Positions 42,049 through 54,272 of a stretch of 64,000 nucleotides of DNA are shown here, piece by piece. Each line of letters opens with the position of its first letter. Within the stretch, counting starts at the first letter, position 1. The position numbers and the translations under genes are program-made. Origin of the DNA: Lytechinus pictus. Lineage: Eukaryota. The notes beneath the pieces were generated by a model. That model was not told where the DNA came from, ran no database searches, and worked only from the letters and a program-made list of their open reading frames with translations. The stretch covers positions 5,954,001 through 6,018,000 of the forward strand of contig NC_087252.1 of NCBI RefSeq assembly GCF_037042905.1. Reading direction: 5' to 3'.

Positions 42049-43406
42049 ATATAGAGTATACATTTTTTAAATCGGTTTAACATATAGTTGCGCTTACATG
42101 TTGGAGTTACATTTTGATAGCAACAGGTTACAGGGTGGATGAATGGGTGAAACATCGCACGAAGTGGATAATGATTATGTCCGAGTGAGCGAATTTGGGT
42201 GTGCATTGGCATGAGAGTAAATGAAGCCGGAACTGACAGTAAAACAAATAGCATTAATCAAGAGATATCACATGAATTATGTTAATATCGTATGTGAATC
42301 GAGTATAAGAAGTAAAACAAAACAGAAAAACAAAATATTAACCCCCCAACATTTATCAGATAGTGCCTATTCCAATTGTTTTAAGGCGATCAATATTGGC
42401 GAGACAACAGGTGGCTGTGTGTGTTATGGTATCTCAGCTAGACACTATCGATAATTAGAACAGATCATAAACATCAGCGTTCCACAGTATAGGTATGCAT
42501 CAATGATCAAACATAGTTTCATTAGATCTAGCCTTCATAAGAAGAATGACACGGAAAGGATGATCACTGAATAATTCATCGGTTTATGACCTTGAATTCT
42601 GCGTAGGTTCTAGGTTAACTATTAAAAAAAGGTGTTTCAGGCGTATGTACGATGTATCATGGGTCTATAGTTCACCATTGTATTGACAGCGGGGTTTCTT
42701 TAATGATGTAATGACTGTACTAATACTGTGTTCATTAAATGCATGCCTGTTGGTATAAAACAATTCCTGTGAATAGTTGAAGAATGTATGACTATTGCAA
42801 TCATAATTGCATCTCAATATCATCACCATTATCATTTTCATAAACGTTACTATTTTTGTTATCATCCTAATTTTTAGTTTAATTTCTTTGTGTAATCATA
42901 ATATATCATTAACATGGTCACCATTGTTATTATCATAATTAATCTTTTATCTTTATTTTTTTAATTGACATGGGGGTTGTTATTATCTAAACTTCAGTTG
43001 CCTTTATTGCCAGTATAATTTGCTATTCAATTATGTCCATGCACAGTTTGCATACGGAATGCGGCATTCCAATGCATGACGATACGTAGATGTAATTTTC
43101 ATCTTCATCCTTCACATTTCCCAAACGTGAATGATGAAAATTATGATATCATAAGCATCCGATAGATAAGATAATTTCACGTCTCCTGGACGAAGAGGAG
43201 ACAAATAATCATTACTGGCATTTCAAGTGGAAGTTGCCTTGATTGCAAAGATGGTTTTCAATAGCAATTGAACATCGAAGTTAGACATAGTTAAGCGAAT
43301 TTCGAGGAAAACATAATACAGATGTGAAGGCTTGTTTCTAATCTTAATTTGTGAATAAAAGTAAAATTTACACAGACGTCTAGTTACATAAACAACACAG
43401 CATTAA

Positions 43407-43799
43407 AGCTAAATGACAGTAGTTGCAGTAAAATACTGATTTCGTGAGAAAGTCTGTAAAACCAAGGTTAAGTATTACTATATCATCGTGGATCTAGATC
43501 CGGTAGTTACATAAACTGAACTTTGTGAAATCATAATATCTAAGCTAAAAAACGATCACACTGAAGATCGCCAACACAGATAGGCACACGTGGGACAGTG
43601 TATTATTATTGCTGGAATAAAGACCCGACGGAAGTGACAGAATCCGCGCTTATTTTGCTTGTTTCTCAGCAATTACACAATTTTTTCCAAAAGCCTTTGG
43701 TACATATTTTTTATTCATACAAACAGACACTTTGGTGATCATTATATTAAATTCTGTAAAAAGTCATTTTGAGATCGTCCCCACAACTGGAATTTATCT
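43407..43799. mobile_element. TTAA-flanked MITE, Kolobok-like
   Basis: TTAA at 43403-06 and 43800-03; imperfect TIR AGCTAAATGACAGTAGT vs AGATAAATTCCAGTTGT (13/17). AG termini fit Kolobok better than piggyBac (CCY). Confidence 0.75.
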
Positions 43800-44210
43800 T
43801 TAAGAGAAACATATCCAATGGATATTTGATAAATCGATAAACGATCGAACACTATTCCAAGATTCGTATTTTAGATTTGTGACGTTTGACTTTCACAATG
43901 ATATAAAGATCTTGAATGTAATGAAAATGTAATTTGTTCAGTCTCTTTATACGGTGCCCGTATTTAATGAATTATAGAAACTTTTACTAAATAAACTGTC
44001 TGAATAGGTATTGGACATTCGGTTGAAATATTTATTATTTTGTAATTAAAGGCTCAGATATTTTCATTTTGAATTGTTCAAATCTCACAGCATTCATGTA
44101 TATTTTTTAGCATGAATCGACGTAGCCTTTAAACCCTTAACGATATCATGAAGGAGCACAATCAGACGTGTCAAAGTGTCAATGACCCACAAAGAAACAG
44201 TTACATGAGC

Positions 44211-44456
44211 ACAAAGAGTTATGATTGATCCAATCAGTCGCAAATCCATTAGTGTCATAATTCTTTTTACCAATAATTTGCACAATGTCCTTTGTAAACA
44301 AAAAGAAGCATAGTGAATTTTCAAGAAGACAATAAATGCATGAACATACGTCGTAGAAAATATTTTGAACAAACATGCATAATGGATGTTGACGTTGCTG
44401 GCCGTCCATAATTGTGATTGATCGGATCAATCGCAACTCTTTGGAAGACGGGGCCC
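44211..44456. mobile_element. PIF/Harbinger-like MITE with clipped left terminus
   Basis: CAAAGAGTTATGATTGATCCAATCA is an inverted copy of TGATCGGATCAATCGCAACTCTTTG. The right end finishes ...GACGGGGCCC-AG; the outer ~11 bp are missing on the left. Confidence 0.75.
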
Positions 44457-46053
44457 AGGTGTTTCTTGAACTTTCTTGATGTGGTGGTGGATGTTGTATG
44501 ATGACTGTGACTATGCTGTAGGTAGAGAAATGTAAATAAATTGAAACCTCCTCTCCCGAAAGAAAAAAGAAAATTTAAAATGGAACAAATGCATTCCATT
44601 CACGCTAAAACTTGTATATTAGCACGAACTTCCCATACTTACGTCTCACGTTGTGAGATAAAGATTTTGCCATTTTTTTCGCGAGTTCATGATTACCTAA
44701 TATCATCGTCACTAAACGACATATACCACAACTAATACTGATAGTAAGAGAAGTTGTTATTTATGCATTTTTAGTGACGTTATGCTTGGATATGGCAACA
44801 ATCGACATGTCCAATTTTATATACATATATATGTATATATATATATATACTGTATATTTGACGAATAATCAGATACACTTGTTTTACATTTTATAAAATC
44901 TTTAACAATATTGGACAATTTTAATTTACTTATAAGATGATGAATAAACTAAGTGACATACCAGATTTAACGTTTTTTCTCAGAATATTCTGAAAGTTTT
45001 GCATTCCATGTCGATTCCTCCTTTTCCTCTCAGTCTTGTATATCATATGTGTAAGCCACCCATTTGGGGAGTCAGAGTAGTGTGTATTCCCTCACAATGA
45101 ATAATATATTCATGATGATAATGGTAATCACTGCTAGGTATGTCTCAAGTGTACCAACCTGCCTCTTCTCCGTGATATAATAATGTCTCAAGACCCGTGA
45201 TATTTCGCCTCCTCTAACAATCTACGAATGCAAACATATTGAGCATTTATTTTGTCTGATGGCAAAATGATATACTATAAACGGACTATTCGTTTATGTA
45301 AGTGCGATGCTCACCTTTGTTTCGTCTTTTCGATAATTGTACGTCAATATCGCGTGTTGCATACGCATGTATATTACTGTATATAGCAATGCCATTTGTA
45401 TCTGTTGTACAAATAATTTACGCTCCGTACAGATTATAAATAAATGGTTACGCAGATAATTAAGGAAATAAGTAAATTCAAGAATCACAATGGACAAATA
45501 TGCAGCTGTTGATGTATGTGTGTTAGTAGAAAGGTGTGTGTGTCTAGGTGGGTTTGAGCATTTGTGCGATGATACAATATTGCACTAAATGCAATTTTTA
45601 AAAAGTCTTCTGCAAAGGCTGTCTGAATTTATGACAATATTGCTCACTTAGTTATATCAAGTGCTTAGTATTTTCAACGTGGTGATAGCGGACTGTCTTT
45701 CGGAATTAATTGCTCATATCTCATCAATCGAAACATATTCCTAAGGGGATAATCATCTCATCATGACCATTTAAAGGGGAGCTCTCCTCAACGTTTATTA
45801 TTTATGTGTATATTCATATCCATAATGTGCATTTGCATGTGTGTTAATATACAAAATCTACTGGAGGATGCATTTAAAATGTATCATAGACTAAGAATTG
45901 GAATTGATGTTATCGATTTGAATTTTACGAACAGTCCATGTATTGGTCTCATACATGTTTGTTAATTGTTGCACATTTTCCAACTATTTAAACGATGACT
46001 GCTGCAACAGAATGCAATGATTTTTCATTTTGAATTCGTGATTTCAACAACAA

Positions 46054-46390
46054 AATAATAATAATGAATAATATGTTCATTTATATAGCGCTCTTACAAT
46101 ATACCATCGTTTAAAGGCGCTTTACCTGTTTAATACAGAATGATGGAATAGAAAATAATAACTAATACATGTACATATTATTGATTAAAAAGCAGAGTCT
46201 TGAGATGTTTCTTAAATACTTCCAAAGAAGGAGAAAGTCGCATATATATTGGAAGGTCATTCCAGAGTCTTGGGGCACATGTCTGAAAAGCATTGTCACC
46301 TGCTTTAGTATTTGTCCGTGGAACATGGAGTAGAGTTATGTCTGTACTGGAACAAAGCCCGGGACGTTCTGACTGATGTAGGCGGATAAC
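46054..46390 (-). mobile_element. 5'-truncated L2-clade LINE (ORF2 C-terminus plus 3' UTR)
   Basis: ORF 46178-46447 ends LLHVPRTNTKAGDNAFQTCAPRLWNDLPIYMRLSPSLEVFKKHLKTLLF, the characteristic L2 ORF2 C-terminus (VP..G.R.F..APRLWN.LP...FK..LKT.LF). It is followed by GTAAAGCGCC...GCGCTATATAAAT and an (ATT)n tail. Confidence 0.9.
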
Positions 46391-46667
46391 AAATATGATA
46401 TATCGCATATACCATGTATACCGTGTTATTAAGACAAAATAAGACATCTCACTGCAACTACCAAATTTAAGGGTTGAAAATAGGTCATGAACACGTTATC
46501 ATTATGTATAGCCGGAAAGAGGATCTTGTCCCAAATAATTTGATACCATATTTGTGTGGTAGTGGTATACCTCCACATTTAGATAATCAGTTGGTAATCC
46601 TTGCAGTGATGAAACTTTTTATTTGCGTCAAAGTATATGTAAGACATGACTGAAATTAATGAATCCA

Positions 46668-46797
46668 GGGACCAGTTTCATAAAAGTTGTTATAATAACA
46701 GATTTGCGATAGCAGTTTAAAGCTACTGAAATCCCCTGATTTCATTGGTTAATATTAAAGTTGTTAAAGAAATTGTTAATTTGTTACTATAAGAAGT
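46668..46797. mobile_element. Short degenerate MITE with truncated right end
   Basis: Starts GGGACCAGTTTCATAAAAG, similar to the 5935 terminus. TTGTTATAATAACAGATT is inverted relative to AATTTGTTACTATAAGAA. Confidence 0.55.
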
Positions 46798-49700
46798 CAA
46801 CGCTGTCATAACCCTATATACATTACATTGAAATCCATTGCAAAAAATACTTTTTGATAAACAACATTAGAATATCTAATTACCAAACCTCAAACTAATT
46901 TTATTGATAAGGAATGCAAATATGCTTACTAACTCTTGTAGGATTATAACATCATCTGGCAGCTGGACTTATTCATTGATTGCAGCGATGCCACACGGTG
47001 TTTAAATTAATCGGAAAAGTTAAGCTAATATAATAACAAAAGGTAAGCTTGTTGCTGAATTGTAAAGAAAACCTTAAAAAGAAATATTATTCAAATTATT
47101 TTGCTCGTTTTCCAGCGAAGCAATGCGAGCAAGCTTTAACTGTGCATTTGTTTTGTGATTATGAGTGATGTTCGATACATCTTTCTTCTAAGGACTATGT
47201 TTGGTAATGTACTGCTATCATTCTTGTCCTAATTAATTTGTCTTGCGAGGTTGACTATTACAATTTATATAAAATAAGTAAGGAAATAAAGAAAATATTA
47301 TTCAAATTTTATTTTTGATCACATTGCATACTATAATATTTTTAACGTGCCAAAGCAGGTTTTATATCCACATTCCGTAAACCCATCGACCATGACCAGC
47401 ACACATGGAATCAAATTAAGGCAAATAATGGGGGGGGGGGTTGCACTAATAAAACAAAACTTACTATCATTATTAATAACGATAACTAAATGAAAATCGA
47501 AACCATTTATACAAGCTGTAAATTACCGTATACTGCTGATTTCGATATCCCCTACCCATCCGTAACCCCCATAGTATTCTTCCCCCCATCCACTGACTCA
47601 AATACACACACCAACTCCCCCTTACCATATTTCACTCCTGAAAATCTATCGACGTCCTTTCCCCATTTCTTTTCATTTTTCTATTTTTATCTTGCGATCT
47701 TCATCGATCCATCAAATCTAATTAAAGATGGAAACTCTAAGCCCACGTATCAGGGACCTAATTACCGGGACCTTCCAAGTTCTTAGGACGAGAGAGCCCG
47801 TCATTAGCTCAAAAACTTGGAATCTGAAATTCCTATCTAAAAGCTTTCGTCTTAATTTTCGTGATATTACTGTCCATGAATAATCCCCGAGTCCGTTTCC
47901 CTCGATGTGGATGTTACTATCCTCATACAACCTTGGTATATAAACAATTTACACACGTGCATATGAACGATGGGTTTGTGTGGGTGGCAAATAATTGTGA
48001 GTTTTACATCTCCTCATCTGACCTATTTGTATTACTTGAATGACCCTGGTTAAACTCAATATTAGCATAATCAACCCTAACCAACACACTTGCGTACCAA
48101 GTCCGAGGTACTAGCATGACTCGTGTATGCTTACTTGCCATCATAGCAGATTCGCGCCTTCATTACTACCAGCGGGTAATAGGCAATATTATTAAATGGC
48201 CTTCGTCTGGGAATGATAACTATATCTACCATTATGAATTGACCTAATGAACTCGATGGCGATGCCTGGTTGAAAATGCCCAGGGATATTCTAGGGACCC
48301 TCTGACCCTCCCACTTGAGAGGATTGTTTTCATGCACCCGATTACTTTCTGCTCTATCGCGTTAATATAAGACTATATGATCTATGAAAGTGTTCACAGC
48401 CCTTTAATGAAATACAGCTAACAATACATGTAGTGCTCAGTCATTCATAATAACAGATTACGTGCACCGATGCAGTTCTACGCAATTTGGTATACCTATG
48501 CAGACTGGGCAATATTGTCAAAATTATTTACAATATTGTAGCCACGACTAGTCTTAAATGCAGACCCAATCTGTTAATATCAATAAGATTAATATATTAA
48601 CGATTTAAAAGCAAATAAACCACCAACACTAAACTATATTTTTGTATAAAGAGAAATTGGAATTTCAATCTTATTCAATGCTAATCATAAATGCCACGAT
48701 CTGGAAAAGAAATTATGGACAGTATTTCTCAGTGTTCTATATAAAGGGAAAATTGATAACTATAGGGTGAAATAAGGCGACAGAATATCTAATACATAAA
48801 GATTCACACACAAATGAGTGAAAACATACACTCAGCCGAAATGACTACAAGCTATTTATCAAAAAAATTTACTCCTGTATAGAAGAGAAAAATTGACATT
48901 TTACAAGTGTGTTGATATCTACCGTAGATATATACATGTATACATATATCAATAACGAATTCAATGAAAGACTGTAACCACAATTGAACATCTAATGATT
49001 GTTATTATTAGCGTTAATATGAGTCAAACTTTATGAATTATATAGTGCAGTATATATTTAGGAAAAATTCCATTGCAAGACACACATAAAAGTATACACC
49101 CACACACATACAAAAAATAATAATTGAAGTATAGTGGTCCGTGACATCGTGCCAAGAACCAGAAAAGATGAAAGGTTTCTATGACAATAGAATTCTCAGT
49201 TCTTGCTCTTCTTAATCAACCAAAAAACTAAGCAGCACAGGCGTTACAATAAATTTGCCCAATTTGACATTTTGAAAATGAATATTGACTACGCTTCTCA
49301 ACGGCTAGGCATGCATTTTCTAATTAAGTATATATGAATACATGTATACCAATGATCAAAGTCTATTATATTTGGCTAAATTTTTTTAAATGTAGGGGAT
49401 TGTTGCTTTAACATACGCCAGTACTGTGTGTAGATTATATCATGTACTTCGAGTGAAAAGTACCCATAATGAATGAAAATCGGATAGCACCTTTTTGGGG
49501 GGCTAAAATAAAAATATATATTTCGCTTTATCAATTCACTCGAAATAAACTATCAAGCGCATAAACTAATGTATTGACTGGATGAGCATGGATAAGGCTA
49601 TGCAACCTCAGCTAGTTAGGCCTTTTGTACTCGAAGGGGAGAATAGCTCCCCAGTAATAGATACGGTACCGTTTGTAGTTTCAGGGCATTTAAACAATAG

Positions 49701-50328
49701 GACAATTAACAAGCTAGTATGGAGACCTCACCGTGGGGGTTATAGTTAGTTATATCGACCTCTCCATAATTATCTTTATGATTCTCGTTATCCCGTATAA
49801 GATACCATAACATACGCTAATTAGTCTGAGTAATGCTATAATTGGCAACGTTTCTCGCAAAGACAGGTATCAGTTCTTTTGGTTATACAGTCAGGATATT
49901 ACTCTTGGGGATGAGCGTGGAATGGGGTCACAACCGGTACAAAATGGAGCAGAGATGGGTAATTTGACTCAGGAAAATGTACAAATATTAGTAATTTGTA
50001 GAGTTTGAAAAACCCGAACAAATCATTCATTCGAAAACGTCGTCGAAATCGTGAAAGCAATTCTGATATCTAAAAGCATAAACTAAAGGAAACTCCCATG
50101 GTTGAAATTACAGGTTAACGATTAAAAAAATCTTTGATTTTATCAAAAGAAATAGAAGACAAACATAATACATGGAATTCCATTTGTTCAAAATAATAGA
50201 TACGTTCTGCATTAAGTAAATGACACATGATGAACATAGCTAACATTAAACGCAACATTTTTTTTTCTCTATTAGTTCTATCAAACTTTCATATCTACCT
50301 GTGTTTGATGAATTCTACTGCTATATAG

Positions 50329-50510
50329 TACAACCTGAATATTCAAATGACGTAAATAACCAAACTGATATCCATGATCGTGCATATTAACCGGTATCCG
50401 AATCAATAATATTGATACTATCTTGACTGTACCATGGATATGAACACCGATCCGATCTCCGTGACCATGCATAATAACCTTAGTATCCGAATCAATAACA
50501 TTGATACTAC
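50329..50510 (+). repeat. Diverged tandem duplication, 89-bp period
   Basis: GTATCCGAATCAATAA(T/C)ATTGATACTA starts at 50394 and 50483; upstream parts of the two units also align. Confidence 0.8.
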
Positions 50511-53500
50511 ACAAGTCGACACCAAGGGGGACCACGTGTTAATTAAGATAAGTCCAATGGGTAAAGAAATGGCGTATCAGCTATAGGAGATTGTGTTATA
50601 CAGACATCAATTTGATTAGGCGATTAATTTGGTGGCGTCGCGTATATACTGTATATGTCAGGTTAGTGAGTGTTGTTATTTTTATGTGCGTGGTTTTCCG
50701 CTAAAAGCAACCTCTGGAAGAGCAAAACAACATTGGTTAACGAATTTTTAGATGTTTGTGAATTATAGACTACTGAAATATTATTTTACCTATGTTGCAT
50801 TGCGGTTCTAACTGTTACCAAACGAGTGTGTATACACAAAATCAATATCTGGTATTTAAAATATATATTCTAGACCTATTATGTAGGCTTATAATTTGAA
50901 GCAATTCAATGACTTATCGGCTAAATAACACTTGATGGTACGTTGGGGTTATGTAATAAGACAAAAAAAATCACTCCAAAACTAAAAAAAAAAGTGAACA
51001 AGATCAAGCTAAGAATTCTGTTTTAATCTGCACAATGGAAAAAGAAGTCTGTCTTGTCCATGCCCTTTGACATAACTAATCAAATATACTTTTTCCGGTT
51101 GAGCTAGTCGGAAACACAACGATGCCAATGCAAATGACAAGTGTTTAAGATAGTCGAAATTTCCATAATATTTTAATCCAATTAAAAGTGAAAATTATCT
51201 GATTCATGAATCATGAATGTTCGATGCAATCAAGGTTGTTGGACAATGTGATTGAACTTTGGAGAAAATAATTTGCATGTGATTATTATGTATGCTGATT
51301 CATTTCTCGTATACGGTAGAGTTTTGTAAGGTTTGATTTTACATCATTGAAGATGTCAGATATTTTGTGATATCTGCCAAGAATTTTATTTGGAAAGTAG
51401 CCACACAACGAATAAATGAAAAAATGAATTGGGTACTCCTATAACAAAACGAGAAAAGAATGAACATTGATCTATAAAAGAGAAATTGAAAACTATTTCA
51501 GGAATATTTAAGCTCCAAAGTGGAAAAGGCGATGACATCCGTTCGTAATTATTGGTTATACAGTAAGGCTATGGATTAACGTCCAAACTGTAGGAAACGT
51601 AGATTTTCTAGAACTTCCATCAATTATATTCCATCCCATAGGGGGGATTCATCTGACACATGAGAAGTTAAAGATAATTAATCGTTTCATTTCGTAATGC
51701 ATCTCACTGGTAAAACTAACGGAAAGTCTGTTGACAATATACTACACAAACAGGTAAGAATTGAGAAAACATGTCACTTACCACGCATCACAGCATGCCA
51801 GACACACTTATAGAATTTCCCGATATGATAATAATAATCCAAGCAAAGTATTAAGAAAAGGACTCCCAGAAGAGCCAGACCTCATTCCTATCCCATATCA
51901 CGCTTGGTGGCGCGCTATATTGAATGCAGCTGGAATTGCGCGGGGAATGATTTTATGTTAGTTCCGTGGTGGAGAGCAGACGGTCCGTCGAATGAAATGC
52001 GATGGTACGTAGCCGACCGATAGGTTGATTATTACGTACAAATTTACTAGTGCGTCCAAAGTATTGCAACTACATGGTGGGCCAGAAAAAAAACATATTC
52101 GTTTGTATCTTGAAAACTTTAAGGTAACACTTGTCTTTGAAATAGACGAAGTACTTAAAAGGCTTTGTCAAATAGTTACAGGAAATGAGAGCAGTATTTC
52201 AAATTCTTCTTCTATTTATTCTTCTTTTTCTTCTTCTGTCTTGTGGCATTGGCAACCAGTCAAAAATGAGATTGTATAGTACTGTCTTATATTAAGACAG
52301 TATATATATATATTTTTTTAACATACGATTCTATGAAAATAATCACTAGAAAAGCAAAAATATTTCATATACAACTTAAAATGTTATGAAATGGCTTAAG
52401 ACTTTGTCGTCTATTTTTTCATCTAATTATTGTTACCAAGCACCTTTATACCAATTTATTATTAATTTAGATACTCCAAAACACCAACCAGGATATATCC
52501 ATTTTTTTGTGAGGCCACATGTGTTTCTTTATGCATGTCATTCCTATTTTGTGATTACAAATTCGACCAAAGAACTGTATATACTGATAATACTGAAATA
52601 AATAGATAAAGAACGGGATCAACATTGTATTCATTTATATTGCCATATGTGTTAAAAGGAAAATCAATAACACGAATATTCATAACGTTTATATGTATTG
52701 TGAAATCTTAATACCAACCCCCTCCCCGAAAAAAACTACGACATAAACAAGCATGTTTTTTTATGCACCAACCAGTGGCAAACATCGTCTTTGAATACAG
52801 ACCCTCTCCTCTTCCTCAAACCATGGAGCTTTTAACACAAACAAAAAGTACCGATTAGGGGATCCTTAAGAATTGGCCCCTCCCCAACTTCCTCTCTCTA
52901 ATGCTCTCTCTCTCTCTCTCTTCCCGCCCCCCCCCCTCTCTATCTCGCGCTCTCTATATTCCTTCCCTGTGACATACATATTTTCTTCCTCTCCCTTCCC
53001 ATTTTCTTAACAGGCCTATTCCCCTACCGTGTCATCAGTAGCCATCCGTGTGATGCGATGCAAAATGAATTTTGATTTCTGTGTGACGGGAGCTGCGAAT
53101 CCTGGTGGGTTCTGATTCGCCTCAAATGATGGCGGAATGGAAAGTATGATTAAATCACTGCAGAGTCCGTTCACACTCCCAACATTTCCTGATTGCTACA
53201 CCGCGTATGTCATGATTTATTGAAGATTTGATTATGATATTTACAAATATCAATTAATATTTAGTGCAGAATGTGTCCCTACCCTAAATAAAACACAAGA
53301 ACAAATGTATTTTAAAGATGAAATAGAATGAATAAATTAGTAAACACATAAAGACATGAATACAAACTTAAAAAAACAATTTCAACATAGATGACGATGA
53401 TAACGAGGATGAAAAAAATACAAGAAAAAAAACATGAAAAGCACCATTTGTTAATTATGCCTTCCTGCTATAAAGAGAACATTAATTTTATAGAAAATTT

Positions 53501-53868
53501 ATAACGACTATCGTTAATCTCTTTTCCTTCTGTTGTATCCACTACTACTCAGCCACAGTAAATTCCCTGTTTCAAATCATGAAACAATATATATATATGT
53601 ATTTGAAATTGACTTTTCGAATATCGACGCTTTCCGTTCACAGAAGTTACTATGTGATTGAGGGAAACACTACGGTTATGTACATTTAAAATCCCCCTTG
53701 ATGTCCAAACGTTTATCCTTATTTCATTTCATTTTGAATTCAATCATTAAAAAATCTGGCCTTGGAGAGTGGTGTATGTAAACAGACATAAAAGTAAGCT
53801 GCGATTTTAAATGCAAGCGTATAGGGAAGGTAGATCTAACAATATAAGGGTACTTCTCAAACATAATA

Positions 53869-54272
53869 CACACTTAAAATGTTGGGCAACGTACACTGTA
53901 AAAGATGAAGTGCTAATTTAGCACTTAGAGTGCTTGTATAATGACTGCACTACGAGTGCTGATTTTCTAGTTCAAATTTAAAATAGAAAATCAGCACCCG
54001 TAGTGCAGTTACTACACAAGTACTTTAAGTGCTAAATTAGCACTTCATTATTTACAGTGTATTGTCCACTATGTTGGGTAATGTATGTTGGTTAGAAAAA
54101 TATATATGTATATTCTGGGCAATTATTATCCAATTGAGCAAATTTATTAACCAATCATTTGTTTTTATTACCCAATTTGGACAGATTGTGACCAATAGTT
54201 GTGGGGACAGTATGTTGCCCAGTGATGGTTAAAACTTTGGCTCTCTTTTTTTGCCCAACGTTTTTAAGAGTG
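53869..54272. mobile_element. CAC-terminus MITE with TA TSD (EnSpm/CACTA-like); host of a nested insertion
   Basis: TA|CACACTTAAAATGTTGGGCAA ... TTGCCCAACGTTTTTAAGAGTG|TA; internal TTGGG/CCAA motifs in both orientations. Confidence 0.8.
53894..54059. mobile_element. 166-bp hairpin MITE (CACTG termini, TA TSD) nested in 53869-54272
   Basis: Two ~80-bp inverted arms with essentially no spacer; TA at 53892-93 and 54060-61. Confidence 0.92.

Noticed and set aside
47078..47320. ~30-bp direct repeat as the TSD of an insertion
   Set aside because: Very AT-rich, imperfect, and the enclosed sequence has no clear element hallmarks.
52280..52302. 10-bp stem hairpin (also an 8-bp stem at 40346-40364)
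   Set aside because: Short hairpins of this size are plausible by chance in 64 kb of AT-rich DNA.
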